DNA of 64,000 nt from a bacterium (GTDB lineage Bacteria; RBG-13-61-14; DATKZS01). The notes beneath the pieces were generated by a model. It had not been told where the DNA came from. It searched no databases and saw only the letters and a program-made list of their open reading frames with translations. The first letter of the stretch is position 1. Each line of letters starts with the position of its first letter. Shown here piece by piece: positions 30,737 to 39,746 of this stretch. A program made the translations under genes and the position numbers. The stretch spans positions 320,001 through 384,000 of the forward strand of contig CAXXFL010000007.1 of assembly GCA_963674965.2 (NCBI GenBank), given 5' to 3'.

Positions 30737-30796
30737 GAAAAAAATTTCCCAAGTAAGCGAAAAATGAAATGGCTGATAATTTCGAGATTTTATCGG

Positions 30797-32128
30797 CTAG
30801 TTAATTTCTCGGGCAAAAACCTCGAGGGGATGGTCAAGTATCCTCATAAAGACCTCCGCCATGGCCGGCTCGAAAACGGGAGAGCTGTACATGACGGACT
30901 CCAGGTGGTAGGTACCCTTCGATAGATTGGTGATGCCCTCGATCATGTAGCCGCCGTTACCAAAGGAGCCGGGCTCGAGATCGGGCGGGTCCATGTGGTT
31001 CTCGTCGTCAATATAAAATACCTTGGGCTTCCAGTCGGGATTGTCGCTCTCCACGATAAGTCGGTTGAACCAGGCCCCATGGTCCTTCCCGTCCGGCCCC
31101 ACCGTTCCCGTCGAGGACCAGTTGAAAGGACGCTCGTCGGCGGCCATCTTTTTCTCGAGGTCGCTCATTTTCCCGTCCTGGATCACGCCCTCGGGATACA
31201 ATGAGTTACGGTAGCGGCGCTCGCCCGCCAAGCGGGGACTGTCCACGCTCACCCGGAAGGTGGGATCCTTGACCACGAACCCCACGTCGATGGGGAGGTA
31301 TACCTCGGTGGGAAAGCTGAAGGAATTATAGTAGTAGATATTGTCTAACCTGGCGGAAGGACTGGGAATATTCCACAAAAGGATCAGGCGTGACCTGGTG
31401 CGACGAATCACCCTGACCGGACCGTCAATCCAGGCCACTATCTGGTCGTCAAAGTCCTCCTCCGTCTTGTCGACCGATATCCCCGCCACCTCCGCGTGCA
31501 AACGGGCCTTGAGCCGGTCGCAATAATCCACCCCATCGCCTCCGCCGGCCTCAGTAACCACCAGGTAGTCCATGGCCATGGGGGCCTCCGCCGAGAAACC
31601 AAGCTCGTAAGTAAGGGTCTTGATCCGGTTCTTTTCCGGGTCGATGGTCGCGTAGTCCACTTCCGACCTCGCCGGCGCGTCCTTTTCGAAATAGTACAAA
31701 TAGGCGAACCCCTCGCCTCCGTCCACCGGGTCTTTGACTACAATAATCGACTTCTTTACCGCGCCGGGAAGATTCGCGCCTTCATCCGTCTCGTCGCCCA
31801 GGTCCCTGGCCATGATTACCAACTCGTCCAGGCCGTTAAACAGGCCGTCGCCGTCCTCGGGGTTTTTCTCCTTTCCGTTAGGGAAGACGAAGTCGCCCTT
31901 GCGCGTCTTCTCGTCCACCTGGAAGGGTATGGGTTGAAGACTTCCATCTCGAGCGGCGTATACCCTGATCCCCGGGATCGCGACCCCGTCAAACGTCTTT
32001 GCCTCGCCGGGCGTGAGAATAACCGCGTCGCTTTCGCGGACAAGGGTCCTTGACTTACCCGCCGGAAGCGCTGATGGGATTGATAGAATGACAAGGAGAA
32101 ATAAAAGGATCGGTCGTTTCATGTCCAT
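30797..32128 (-). CDS. Secreted hypothetical protein (paralogue of 24255-25520)
   Basis: Signal peptide; PFQVDE, DELVIMARDLG, DRLK, DGPVRV; SD AGGAGGAG. Confidence 0.8.
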   Translation of the reverse strand: MDMKRPILLFLLVILSIPSALPAGKSRTLVRESDAVILTPGEAKTFDGVAIPGIRVYAARDGSLQPIPFQVDEKTRKGDFVFPNGKEKNPEDGDGLFNGLDELVIMARDLGDETDEGANLPGAVKKSIIVVKDPVDGGEGFAYLYYFEKDAPARSEVDYATIDPEKNRIKTLTYELGFSAEAPMAMDYLVVTEAGGGDGVDYCDRLKARLHAEVAGISVDKTEEDFDDQIVAWIDGPVRVIRRTRSRLILLWNIPSPSARLDNIYYYNSFSFPTEVYLPIDVGFVVKDPTFRVSVDSPRLAGERRYRNSLYPEGVIQDGKMSDLEKKMAADERPFNWSSTGTVGPDGKDHGAWFNRLIVESDNPDWKPKVFYIDDENHMDPPDLEPGSFGNGGYMIEGITNLSKGTYHLESVMYSSPVFEPAMAEVFMRILDHPLEVFAREIN

Positions 32129-32161
32129 GCTCTCCTCCTTGAATCCGGCCCGACGCGAAGT

Positions 32162-33379
32162 TCACGTCCAGTAGTGCTCGACCTTGGGCGTCTTGCCCCG
32201 GTAGCATTTAAGCCCCTTTACCTGGATGTGGGCGAGGCAGATGTTGCAGTTGACGCACTTCGAGGGCGACAGGTCTCCCGCCTCCACCCGGCTCGGGAAA
32301 TTGGGCTCGGCGATGAGGGGTCTTCCCAGGCTGATCATGTCGGCCCATCCCTCGCTTACGAACTCCTCCATTTTGGCCGGGTCGCGAAGTCCTCCCACCG
32401 ATATGACCGGAACGCCGACTTTTTTCTTCACTTCCCTGGAGTACTCGATGTTGTAGTTCTCGCGGAAGGGGAAGAGCCGCATGGCGATGGGGTCGGTCAG
32501 GCCCAGGAGCCACTTGAGCGGGGCCGGCAAAGTGGCAAGCTCCTTGGCCGTGCGCATGACCAGCTTGAGGGGCAGCGGGCCCCGGATCAGGGTCATGCCC
32601 GCCTCGTAGCAGCCGCAGCTTACCTCGAGGGCGTCGAACCCCAGGCCGCCAAGCATCTCCGCCGTGCGCAGGGCCTCGTTGAAGCGGACCCCTATGGGGA
32701 TCGGAAAGCAGTCCGTGGCGTTTATCTTGATAATGAGAGGATAATCGTCGCCAACTTCCCGCCGGGCCGCGGCGTAAAGTTCCTGGACGAAGCGCCAGCG
32801 GTTCTCGAGCTTTCCCCCGTACTCGTCCTTCCTGCGGTTCAAGGTGGGAGAGAGGAACTGGTTAACCATGTAGCCGTGGGCGCCGTGAATCTCGACGCCG
32901 TCGTAACCGGCTTCCCTGGCGCGGGCGCAGGCGCGGGCCCAGCTCGCGATGGTTTTTTCTATGTCCTCCCCGGTCATCTCGCGAGGGATATGGAGGAATA
33001 TCGTGTGAGGAACCCGGGAAGGACCGCGAGGCTTGATCCCGCCGTTATAGTCCTCCTTGGCCTCCCGGCCGCAGTCGTTGATTTGAGCGAAGACCTTGCA
33101 GTCGCTCTCATGCACGGCGTCGGTCAACTCCTTGTGACCTTTGATCTGGAAGTCCTCGTCAATTCCCAGTTGGAGGGGCCAGTTATGCCCGTCCCAGCTA
33201 TGGAACATGTTGCCCACCAGGGCCATGCCCACGCCGCCCTTGCCCAGGCGCCGGAAGAACTCGACCGCCTGGGGCGTGACTTCGCCTTTGGGCCCGGCCA
33301 TGCTCTCGTGGGTGGCGGCCTTGACCAGCCTGTTTTTTATCTCGAGGTTCCCGATCTTAATCGGTTCGAACAGTTTCAT
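32162..33379 (-). CDS. NADH:flavin oxidoreductase (OYE family)
   Basis: KNRLVKAATHE, HGAHGY, NRRKDEYGG, GRPLIAEP, CVNCNIC...C. Confidence 0.92.
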   Translation of the reverse strand: MKLFEPIKIGNLEIKNRLVKAATHESMAGPKGEVTPQAVEFFRRLGKGGVGMALVGNMFHSWDGHNWPLQLGIDEDFQIKGHKELTDAVHESDCKVFAQINDCGREAKEDYNGGIKPRGPSRVPHTIFLHIPREMTGEDIEKTIASWARACARAREAGYDGVEIHGAHGYMVNQFLSPTLNRRKDEYGGKLENRWRFVQELYAAARREVGDDYPLIIKINATDCFPIPIGVRFNEALRTAEMLGGLGFDALEVSCGCYEAGMTLIRGPLPLKLVMRTAKELATLPAPLKWLLGLTDPIAMRLFPFRENYNIEYSREVKKKVGVPVISVGGLRDPAKMEEFVSEGWADMISLGRPLIAEPNFPSRVEAGDLSPSKCVNCNICLAHIQVKGLKCYRGKTPKVEHYWT

Positions 33380-33412
33380 GCCATCTCCTTTTTCGTGGAC
33401 CCTTGTCGCGAA

Positions 33413-33441
33413 ATTATATAACGATCGTTATTAAAGGGCAA
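33413..33441 (-). promoter_or_regulatory. Sigma70 promoter TTGCCC-N17-TATAAT with perfect palindrome ATAACGATCGTTAT
   Basis: -35 at 33441-33436, -10 at 33418-33413, 14-bp palindrome at 33418-33431. Confidence 0.65.
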
Positions 33442-33560
33442 GAAGTAATTGGAACATGAAAACAAACGGCGCCGGCTCCTTCCAGCCGCGCGGGCTTTCC
33501 CAGTTGAAGATAGTATCGCTCCGGGCGTTTTTGGCCCCTCAAAAATTTCTCCAATTTTTT

Positions 33561-33600
33561 CGATGCATCGGTTGACCGCTTTATCGGTCTCGGTTAGATT
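33561..33600 (+). promoter_or_regulatory. Promoter TTGACC-N17-TAGATT with dyads CGATGCATCG and GACCG-N6-CGGTC
   Basis: Directly upstream of the copper receptor SD (AGGAG). Confidence 0.5.
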
Positions 33601-33621
33601 GAAAGTGGGAAGGAGAAAGAA

Positions 33622-35724
33622 ATGTCCGCAAAGAAGTATATCCAGATAATTGGCCTAATTTTTGGGTCCGTCTTTTTTCCTTTGGCGCCTTACGCCGAGG
33701 AATTTGAAGAAAGCGGCGAGAACGGCGCGGAAGTACCGGCAATAGTGGTGGAGGGGAACAGGATATGTCTTCCCGGCGAGGCCATGCTCGATCCGGACGA
33801 CCCGGAGCTGGGCGCGCCCATTGACAGCGGCGACCTTCTTCGGTGCGTTCCCGGCGTCTCCGGCTCCAGGATGGGCGGCCACGGCGTCGATCCCGTGATA
33901 CGGGGCCAGTCCGGTTCCCGGGTGAACGTTATTTTGGACGGGGCCTTACTTTACGGCGGCTGTCCCAACCGCATGGACCCGCCTGGGGCTTACGCGCCTT
34001 ACCAGAGTTACGACCGTATCCAGGTGCTGAAGGGCCCAAGGTCCCTGATCTATAGCGGAGGAAGCGGCGGCGCGATAATTTTCGACAGGAACTCGAGGCC
34101 CCTGAGCGGGGACGAAAAATGGCGAGCCAGGCTCTCGACCCTGTACGCGGACAATGGCGAGAGAAAGGGAGCGTCGGCGGACGCGGCGGGAGGGGTTTCC
34201 TCTGCCTACGTCCGCGCCATCTACGATTATCTCGAGGCCGGCGATTATAAGGACGGCGAGGGCGAGGAGGTCCCCTCCAGCTTCGTTTCCAGTCACGCCG
34301 CCTTCATGGGAGGATGGACCCCCGAGTCGGGCTTCGGGGTCCACGTGGGATGGGAGACCATGAACGTGGACGACGTCCTCTACCCGGGGGCGGGCATGGA
34401 CGCTCCCGTCAGCGACGCCGATATCTATCGGGCGAAGATCGAGTGGCGCGACCCCTCGGCGCCGTCCTCCGGCGTCAAGGCGGAGTTTTTTCAAAGCCAG
34501 GTCGATCATGTCATGGACAACTACTCGTTAAGGGAGCGAACGGCCCCAAGCCCCCTGCTGGCGGTGACCAGTTCGGACGCCCATGGAGGCAGGGTCGTCG
34601 TCGACCTGGCCAGGCGATCGACCCTTTTCACGGTGGGGGCCGATTTCCAGCAAAGCGAAAAAAACGCCCTGCGCTACGTGGGGCCGGATGAAGACCACGT
34701 CGATATCGTGCAGTCCGTTCTCTGGCCGGACGCTACTATTTCCCAATACGGCGCGTTCGGGATTCTCGAGGTCGGGCATGGACAAGACCTCAGCCTCTCC
34801 GTAGGCGCCCGCTACGACCGGGTCGAGGCCTCGGCGGGGGACGCCGACCTCGATCCGCCCGGCGGTCCCATGAGCCCGGAGGACCTTTACGCCCTGTATT
34901 ACGGGACCGGCGCCAATGACGCCGAGGAGGACAACGTGGGCGCTCTGGTTCGCCTCGCGGCCAGGCCCGGTGAGGACGGCCCTCTCCTCTCGGTCGACCT
35001 GAGCCGTACCGTCCGCTCGGCCGACGCGACCGAGCGATTCATGGCGTCCAACGGCATGACGCCGTCCGCTCGGTGGGTGGGGAACCCGGGGATAGAACCG
35101 GAGGTCCATTACCAGGCCGAAATCGGCTTTCTGGAAGAGGAGGAAGACTGGAGCCTTGCGGCGGCGGCTTATTACGATTGGGCGGAAAATTACATCATCC
35201 GGGACCGGGCGCGCGGGCAAGAAGGAATAATGCGAATTGACGGGGCCAATATCTATCGGAACGTTGACGCCGTTCTTTGGGGGGGAGAAGTCGAGGCCGG
35301 TTGGGACTGGACCCCGAGCCTTTCCAGCCGGGTGGCCCTGGCCTACGTTTACGGCAACGACGAAACCGACGACAGACCCCTGCCGCAAATACCGCCGCTC
35401 ACGGTCGACGCCTTGGTCGATTATAAAAGAGATAAATGGAGGGCCGGCGCCAGGCTTCGACACGCGGCCACGCAGACGCGAGTGGACGACGACCCCGCCT
35501 CGGGAAGCGGACTGGACGCGGGCAGGACCCCGGCCCATAGCGTGATCGACCTCTACGCCGCGGCGTTCCCGACTAAAAACCTGGAACTGCAAGTCGGAAT
35601 CGAAAACCTGTTCGACAAAACCTACGCCGACCACCTGAACAAGCCCAACGCCTTCGATCCCGAGCAAATCCAGGTGAACGAACCCGGAAGAACGGTATGG
35701 ATAAAGCTCGTGGCCGGACATTAA
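33622..35724 (+). CDS. oprC: TonB-dependent copper receptor (OprC/NosA-like)
   Basis: Plug GGCPNRMDPP (CxxxM), barrel DHVMDN (HxM), ENLFDKTYADHLN...EPGRT ending. Confidence 0.88.
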   Translation: MSAKKYIQIIGLIFGSVFFPLAPYAEEFEESGENGAEVPAIVVEGNRICLPGEAMLDPDDPELGAPIDSGDLLRCVPGVSGSRMGGHGVDPVIRGQSGSRVNVILDGALLYGGCPNRMDPPGAYAPYQSYDRIQVLKGPRSLIYSGGSGGAIIFDRNSRPLSGDEKWRARLSTLYADNGERKGASADAAGGVSSAYVRAIYDYLEAGDYKDGEGEEVPSSFVSSHAAFMGGWTPESGFGVHVGWETMNVDDVLYPGAGMDAPVSDADIYRAKIEWRDPSAPSSGVKAEFFQSQVDHVMDNYSLRERTAPSPLLAVTSSDAHGGRVVVDLARRSTLFTVGADFQQSEKNALRYVGPDEDHVDIVQSVLWPDATISQYGAFGILEVGHGQDLSLSVGARYDRVEASAGDADLDPPGGPMSPEDLYALYYGTGANDAEEDNVGALVRLAARPGEDGPLLSVDLSRTVRSADATERFMASNGMTPSARWVGNPGIEPEVHYQAEIGFLEEEEDWSLAAAAYYDWAENYIIRDRARGQEGIMRIDGANIYRNVDAVLWGGEVEAGWDWTPSLSSRVALAYVYGNDETDDRPLPQIPPLTVDALVDYKRDKWRAGARLRHAATQTRVDDDPASGSGLDAGRTPAHSVIDLYAAAFPTKNLELQVGIENLFDKTYADHLNKPNAFDPEQIQVNEPGRTVWIKLVAGH

Positions 35725-35897
35725 TAGGCGCCGAGAGTGAAGGAAAGGCCATAGGTCGTCTTCCTTCCCATTGGCCATGCTTTGACTTTTACCCACCCAG
35801 CGGCGGCAAGATGGAGAACGGCGGAATTATATGATATTCATAGCCGTCGGGGGTTCGGCGGGCAAAAGAGCCGGCCGGCCGCTCGGAAAGGATCACC

Positions 35898-37487
35898 ATG
35901 GCGCCACGCGTTCTTTTATCATCCGTTTTCAAGCCCTTCGCGGTCGACGACGCGTACTCGAGAAAAGAGTGCATTATGGAACTATGCCGCAACCAGCTCA
36001 CCAAGTCCCAGGGGCCGTTCTGCATCCGCACTTACCATAATACTTACGGGCTTCACGCCATCGCCAACAACGTCAGCGCGCCCACGACGGTGCTTGATTT
36101 TCCCACCCTCGATCGTTTCCGGAGGGAGTTGAAAAAAGGCTACGACATTATCGGTATCGGGGCGATCATGCCGAATTTTCTCAAGGTCAAGAAGATGGTG
36201 GAGGAGGCCCGGGAGCTGTCACCTCGCTCGACCGTCGTGGTGGGGGGCTTTTGCGCCACCATTCCCGACCTGGACAAGACGCTTGACGCCGACTATATCT
36301 GCTTGGGCGACGGCGTGAGCTTCATGCGTGACCTTCTGGGCGACCCTCCCGAGTTTCAGTTCAAGAACCCCAACGTGTTCGCCGAAAGCCGCCAGATATT
36401 CGGCGTGCCCCTTTTCGGTTTCCAGCAGAACCCCCATCTTATCGTGGGGCTGGGGTGTTCCTACGGGTGCGATTTCTGCTCGGTCACTCATTTCTTCGGA
36501 CGAAAGCACATTAAGTTCTTCAAGACCGGCAAGGCCCTTTTCGACGAGATGATCCGCCTGGAAAAGATATACCGCTCCAACGTCATCGTCTTCATCGGGG
36601 ACGACAACTTCTTTCTCGACCTCGGCCGGGCGGAGGAACTTCGCCAAGAAGTGGTGAAAAGCGGAAGGTTCTTTAAAATAATGGCCTTCGGATCGGCCGA
36701 CCGGCTGACCAGGTTCGGCGTCGAGCGCCTGGCTGAAATGGGCCTTGACACGGTATGGGTCGGAAGGGAAGGCAAGTTTTCAAACTACGGCAAAAACCGG
36801 GGCATGGACATGAAATCCCTGGTGGGAGACTTAAGGTCATACGGCATAAAAACCATTCTCAGCTCGATATTGTTGCTCGAGGAACACGACAAGGATAATA
36901 TATGGGAGGACGTGGACGACCACCTGTCCTGCAATCCGGCGTTCAGCCAGTTCGCCCATTATTCTCCCGCTCCCAACACCCCCCTCTGGGACAAAATGAA
37001 GGAGGAAGGCCGCCTGCTCGAGCATATCCCCCTCGAGGAGTGTCACGCCTTTAAGCAGCCCTGGTTCGTTCATCCTCACTTCAGTCTCGCCGAGGCCGAG
37101 AAGGTCCAGGACCTCGCCTATACTCGCGACTTCCTCGAGCTGGGTCCCGCGGTCCTCCGTTACGCCGAGGCCGAGTACCAGGGCTGGAAAAACTTGAAGG
37201 ATTCTCCCAAAGCGCATTTCAGGAAAAGAGCCGGGGCCTACGCTCGAGACATGTGGAAATACAGGGTCATATGCCGGCTCACTGAAGAACTGTCTCCCTC
37301 CGAGCGCGTGGCCGAGCTGGCCCGTGACCTGCGGTCCCGAATCGAGGCGTCCTTCGGCAAGACCTCGGCGGTCGAGAAGGCCATGGCCAGGGGTCTTTAC
37401 TTCACCAGCCGGCTGTGGGAGGCAAGGACCAGAAGATGGGGAGACGCCATTCAACCAAGAACGAGACTGGTCAAGTACAATCAATGA
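35898..37487 (+). CDS. Cobalamin-binding radical SAM protein
   Basis: B12-binding-like N-domain (YDIIGIG...VVGG), GCSYGCDFC, DDNF, PAPNTPLW. Confidence 0.85.
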   Translation: MAPRVLLSSVFKPFAVDDAYSRKECIMELCRNQLTKSQGPFCIRTYHNTYGLHAIANNVSAPTTVLDFPTLDRFRRELKKGYDIIGIGAIMPNFLKVKKMVEEARELSPRSTVVVGGFCATIPDLDKTLDADYICLGDGVSFMRDLLGDPPEFQFKNPNVFAESRQIFGVPLFGFQQNPHLIVGLGCSYGCDFCSVTHFFGRKHIKFFKTGKALFDEMIRLEKIYRSNVIVFIGDDNFFLDLGRAEELRQEVVKSGRFFKIMAFGSADRLTRFGVERLAEMGLDTVWVGREGKFSNYGKNRGMDMKSLVGDLRSYGIKTILSSILLLEEHDKDNIWEDVDDHLSCNPAFSQFAHYSPAPNTPLWDKMKEEGRLLEHIPLEECHAFKQPWFVHPHFSLAEAEKVQDLAYTRDFLELGPAVLRYAEAEYQGWKNLKDSPKAHFRKRAGAYARDMWKYRVICRLTEELSPSERVAELARDLRSRIEASFGKTSAVEKAMARGLYFTSRLWEARTRRWGDAIQPRTRLVKYNQ

Positions 37488-37682
37488 AGTAATGGGACTT
37501 TAAACGTGTCCGCCCCCCGGAATGGAACCTCCCCGGGGATGGGCGGGTCTAAAGATTTGACACCATATGCCTGGTGGCGTATAAATAATCTTGCGCGAAA
37601 GCGGCTAAATAGCGCGAAAAAGCCGGGGAAGGAAAGCCGGCGTTTTTTATGCCTTCAGGCGCATATTGAAAAGGAGACAATC

Positions 37683-38933
37683 ATGGAGTTTATCAAGCGC
37701 GCCGCGCCGGCGGCGCTGGCGGCGTTATTGGCGATTATGTCGTTCGCCGGATGCGACAAGGATAAAGACAATAGCGTCAAGACGGGAGGCGACTTAGTCC
37801 CCTCCGCGGGGGCCACGGTCGCCAAACCCGGAGAAGACCCGGTTTGGATTCGAGTTAACGGCAAGGAAATAAAAAAGTCCGACGTGGACGACAAGCTGGC
37901 CAAGATAAAGATGCAGATTTCCTCGCAGGTCCCTCCCGACCAGATGGCGGGCCTCGAGCCCCGGCTCCTGAGGGACACCATGATGATGCTGGTCGAGGTT
38001 AACGTGCTCGACGAGGCCGTGGCCGCGAACGGAATCACGGTGGGCGACACGGCGATCGACAAGGAAATGGAAGACCTCAAATCCCGCTACCCGGACGAGG
38101 CGACCTTCCAGGAGCAGATGACCATGGTGGGCGTGACCGAGGACCAGATCAGGGAGGACATCCGCCTTAACTTCGGACGCATGAAGTACCTCGAGGAACA
38201 CGTCGATATCCCCGACCCTCCCGAGGAGGACGTGAAAAAGATATACGAAATGACCAAGGACAGGAACCTCATCCCCGCCTCGGCCAAGACCGTCCATATC
38301 TTCTTCCAGTTCCCCAACATGGCGGCCCCGGAGGTAAAAACCGAAAAGCTCGAGCTGGCCAAGAGCGTTCTGGAACAGATTAAAAACGGCGCCGACATGG
38401 GAGAGCTGGCGAAGAAATACTCGGACGCGCCCAGCAAGTCCGACGGCGGTACCGAGACCTTCGAGCAAGGAAGGCTCATGCCGCCGGACTTCGACAACGC
38501 CCTTTTCGCCTTAAAGGCCGGGGAAGTGAGCGACGTAATCGAGTCTCCCATCGGCTATCATATCGTAAAGATGGTCGAGCTAACCCCCGAGAAACCCCAT
38601 GAGTTCGAGGAGGTCAAGGAGGAAATAGTCGAGTTCCTCAAAGACCAGAAACGCAAATCCGCCATGCAGCAACACATCGACGAGTTGGTCAAGAAAGCCA
38701 AGGTCGAGTATCTCGAGCCCCTGCCCAAGGTGGAGGACGACTTTGTCGATCAGATGAACGGGCTTCCCCCGCCCGAGGTCCCGGAGGGGGAGGGAGAAGA
38801 AGCGTCCGAGGCGCCCATGGAAAGCGAGGCCGACGGTAGCGAGGCCGACGGCGGCGCACCGCCCGAGATCAAGGAAGCGGCGCCGCCCGAGGCCGAGGAC
38901 GGCAAGCCGACCCTGCCGCCTCCCGGGGAGTGA
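37683..38933 (+). CDS. SurA/PrsA-like parvulin peptidyl-prolyl isomerase, lipoprotein
   Basis: SD AAGGAG; lipobox FAGC; LAKKYSD...DGG, ESPIGYHIVK; acidic Pro-rich tail. Confidence 0.88.
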   Translation: MEFIKRAAPAALAALLAIMSFAGCDKDKDNSVKTGGDLVPSAGATVAKPGEDPVWIRVNGKEIKKSDVDDKLAKIKMQISSQVPPDQMAGLEPRLLRDTMMMLVEVNVLDEAVAANGITVGDTAIDKEMEDLKSRYPDEATFQEQMTMVGVTEDQIREDIRLNFGRMKYLEEHVDIPDPPEEDVKKIYEMTKDRNLIPASAKTVHIFFQFPNMAAPEVKTEKLELAKSVLEQIKNGADMGELAKKYSDAPSKSDGGTETFEQGRLMPPDFDNALFALKAGEVSDVIESPIGYHIVKMVELTPEKPHEFEEVKEEIVEFLKDQKRKSAMQQHIDELVKKAKVEYLEPLPKVEDDFVDQMNGLPPPEVPEGEGEEASEAPMESEADGSEADGGAPPEIKEAAPPEAEDGKPTLPPPGE

Positions 38934-38959
38934 ATAAATATAGTTTGAATTAAACCCAG

Positions 38960-38991
38960 GCGGACGGGGTCTTTTCCTCGTCCGCTTTTTT
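38960..38991 (+). terminator. Intrinsic terminator
   Basis: GCGGACG/CGTCCGC stem followed by T6. Confidence 0.7.
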
Positions 38992-39679
38992 ATCGGCCGA
39001 GGATTTTTCCGGCGAGCTCGTCATATATCTTGGCCCCGAACATCTTCACCATTATGCCCTTGGACTTGATCAAAGCGTGGTCGTCCCTTTTTCCCTTCTT
39101 GGCCACGCAAGGGTGGGTCGCGCCTCCGCAGTCCAGGATTGTCTCCGACTCCCGGTTAACGGTGGTCACCACCACGTCGTCCCCGATGATAATGACCACG
39201 ACCGGGTAAAGGGAGCACACGTACGGCTTGACGTCGATGGGGTCCAGGCCTCGATCGAGAGCGTACCTGTGAAGGTAACATCCCTTGCCCCCGGGTATGG
39301 AGAGAACGCACTCGTCCGAGCTTTTCTTGCGCCTCATCATAAGCTCGAAGCCGTCCCCATACTTCCAGTAGCCTTGCCCGTCGAGGGTGGTTTTCAGGCG
39401 GGGCCATTTCTCCAAAATGGGCGGCAGGACCTTGTCCACGGCCTCGAGGTCCCGCCTGGTCAGCTCGAGGTCGTGTCCCCTGCAGCAAAAGGCCTTGGGC
39501 TTTCTCTCCCGGCAACCCTCGCACCGGAAGTACCCGTCCAGGTGGAGTCCGTCGAAAATAAGGTTGTCGATCACGATGGTCTCGGGCCGGGCCTTTAAGA
39601 ACTCCTTGTACCTGTCGTCGGTGTCCATGGACAGATCGTCGATCATGTCCTCATACTTCTTCTTGATGTTTCTCGTCAT
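38990..39679 (-). CDS. Cys-cluster protein (DUF3109/YkgJ-like)
   Basis: CEGC, CC, C...CYLH, KPYVCSLYP. Confidence 0.7.
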   Translation of the reverse strand: MTRNIKKKYEDMIDDLSMDTDDRYKEFLKARPETIVIDNLIFDGLHLDGYFRCEGCRERKPKAFCCRGHDLELTRRDLEAVDKVLPPILEKWPRLKTTLDGQGYWKYGDGFELMMRRKKSSDECVLSIPGGKGCYLHRYALDRGLDPIDVKPYVCSLYPVVVIIIGDDVVVTTVNRESETILDCGGATHPCVAKKGKRDDHALIKSKGIMVKMFGAKIYDELAGKILGR

Positions 39680-39746
39680 GCTTGTCTCCGGCGGGAACTC
39701 GGCGGGCGCCGGTCCAGGTCAAGGCGTCGTCTCGCGACGAACTCGG

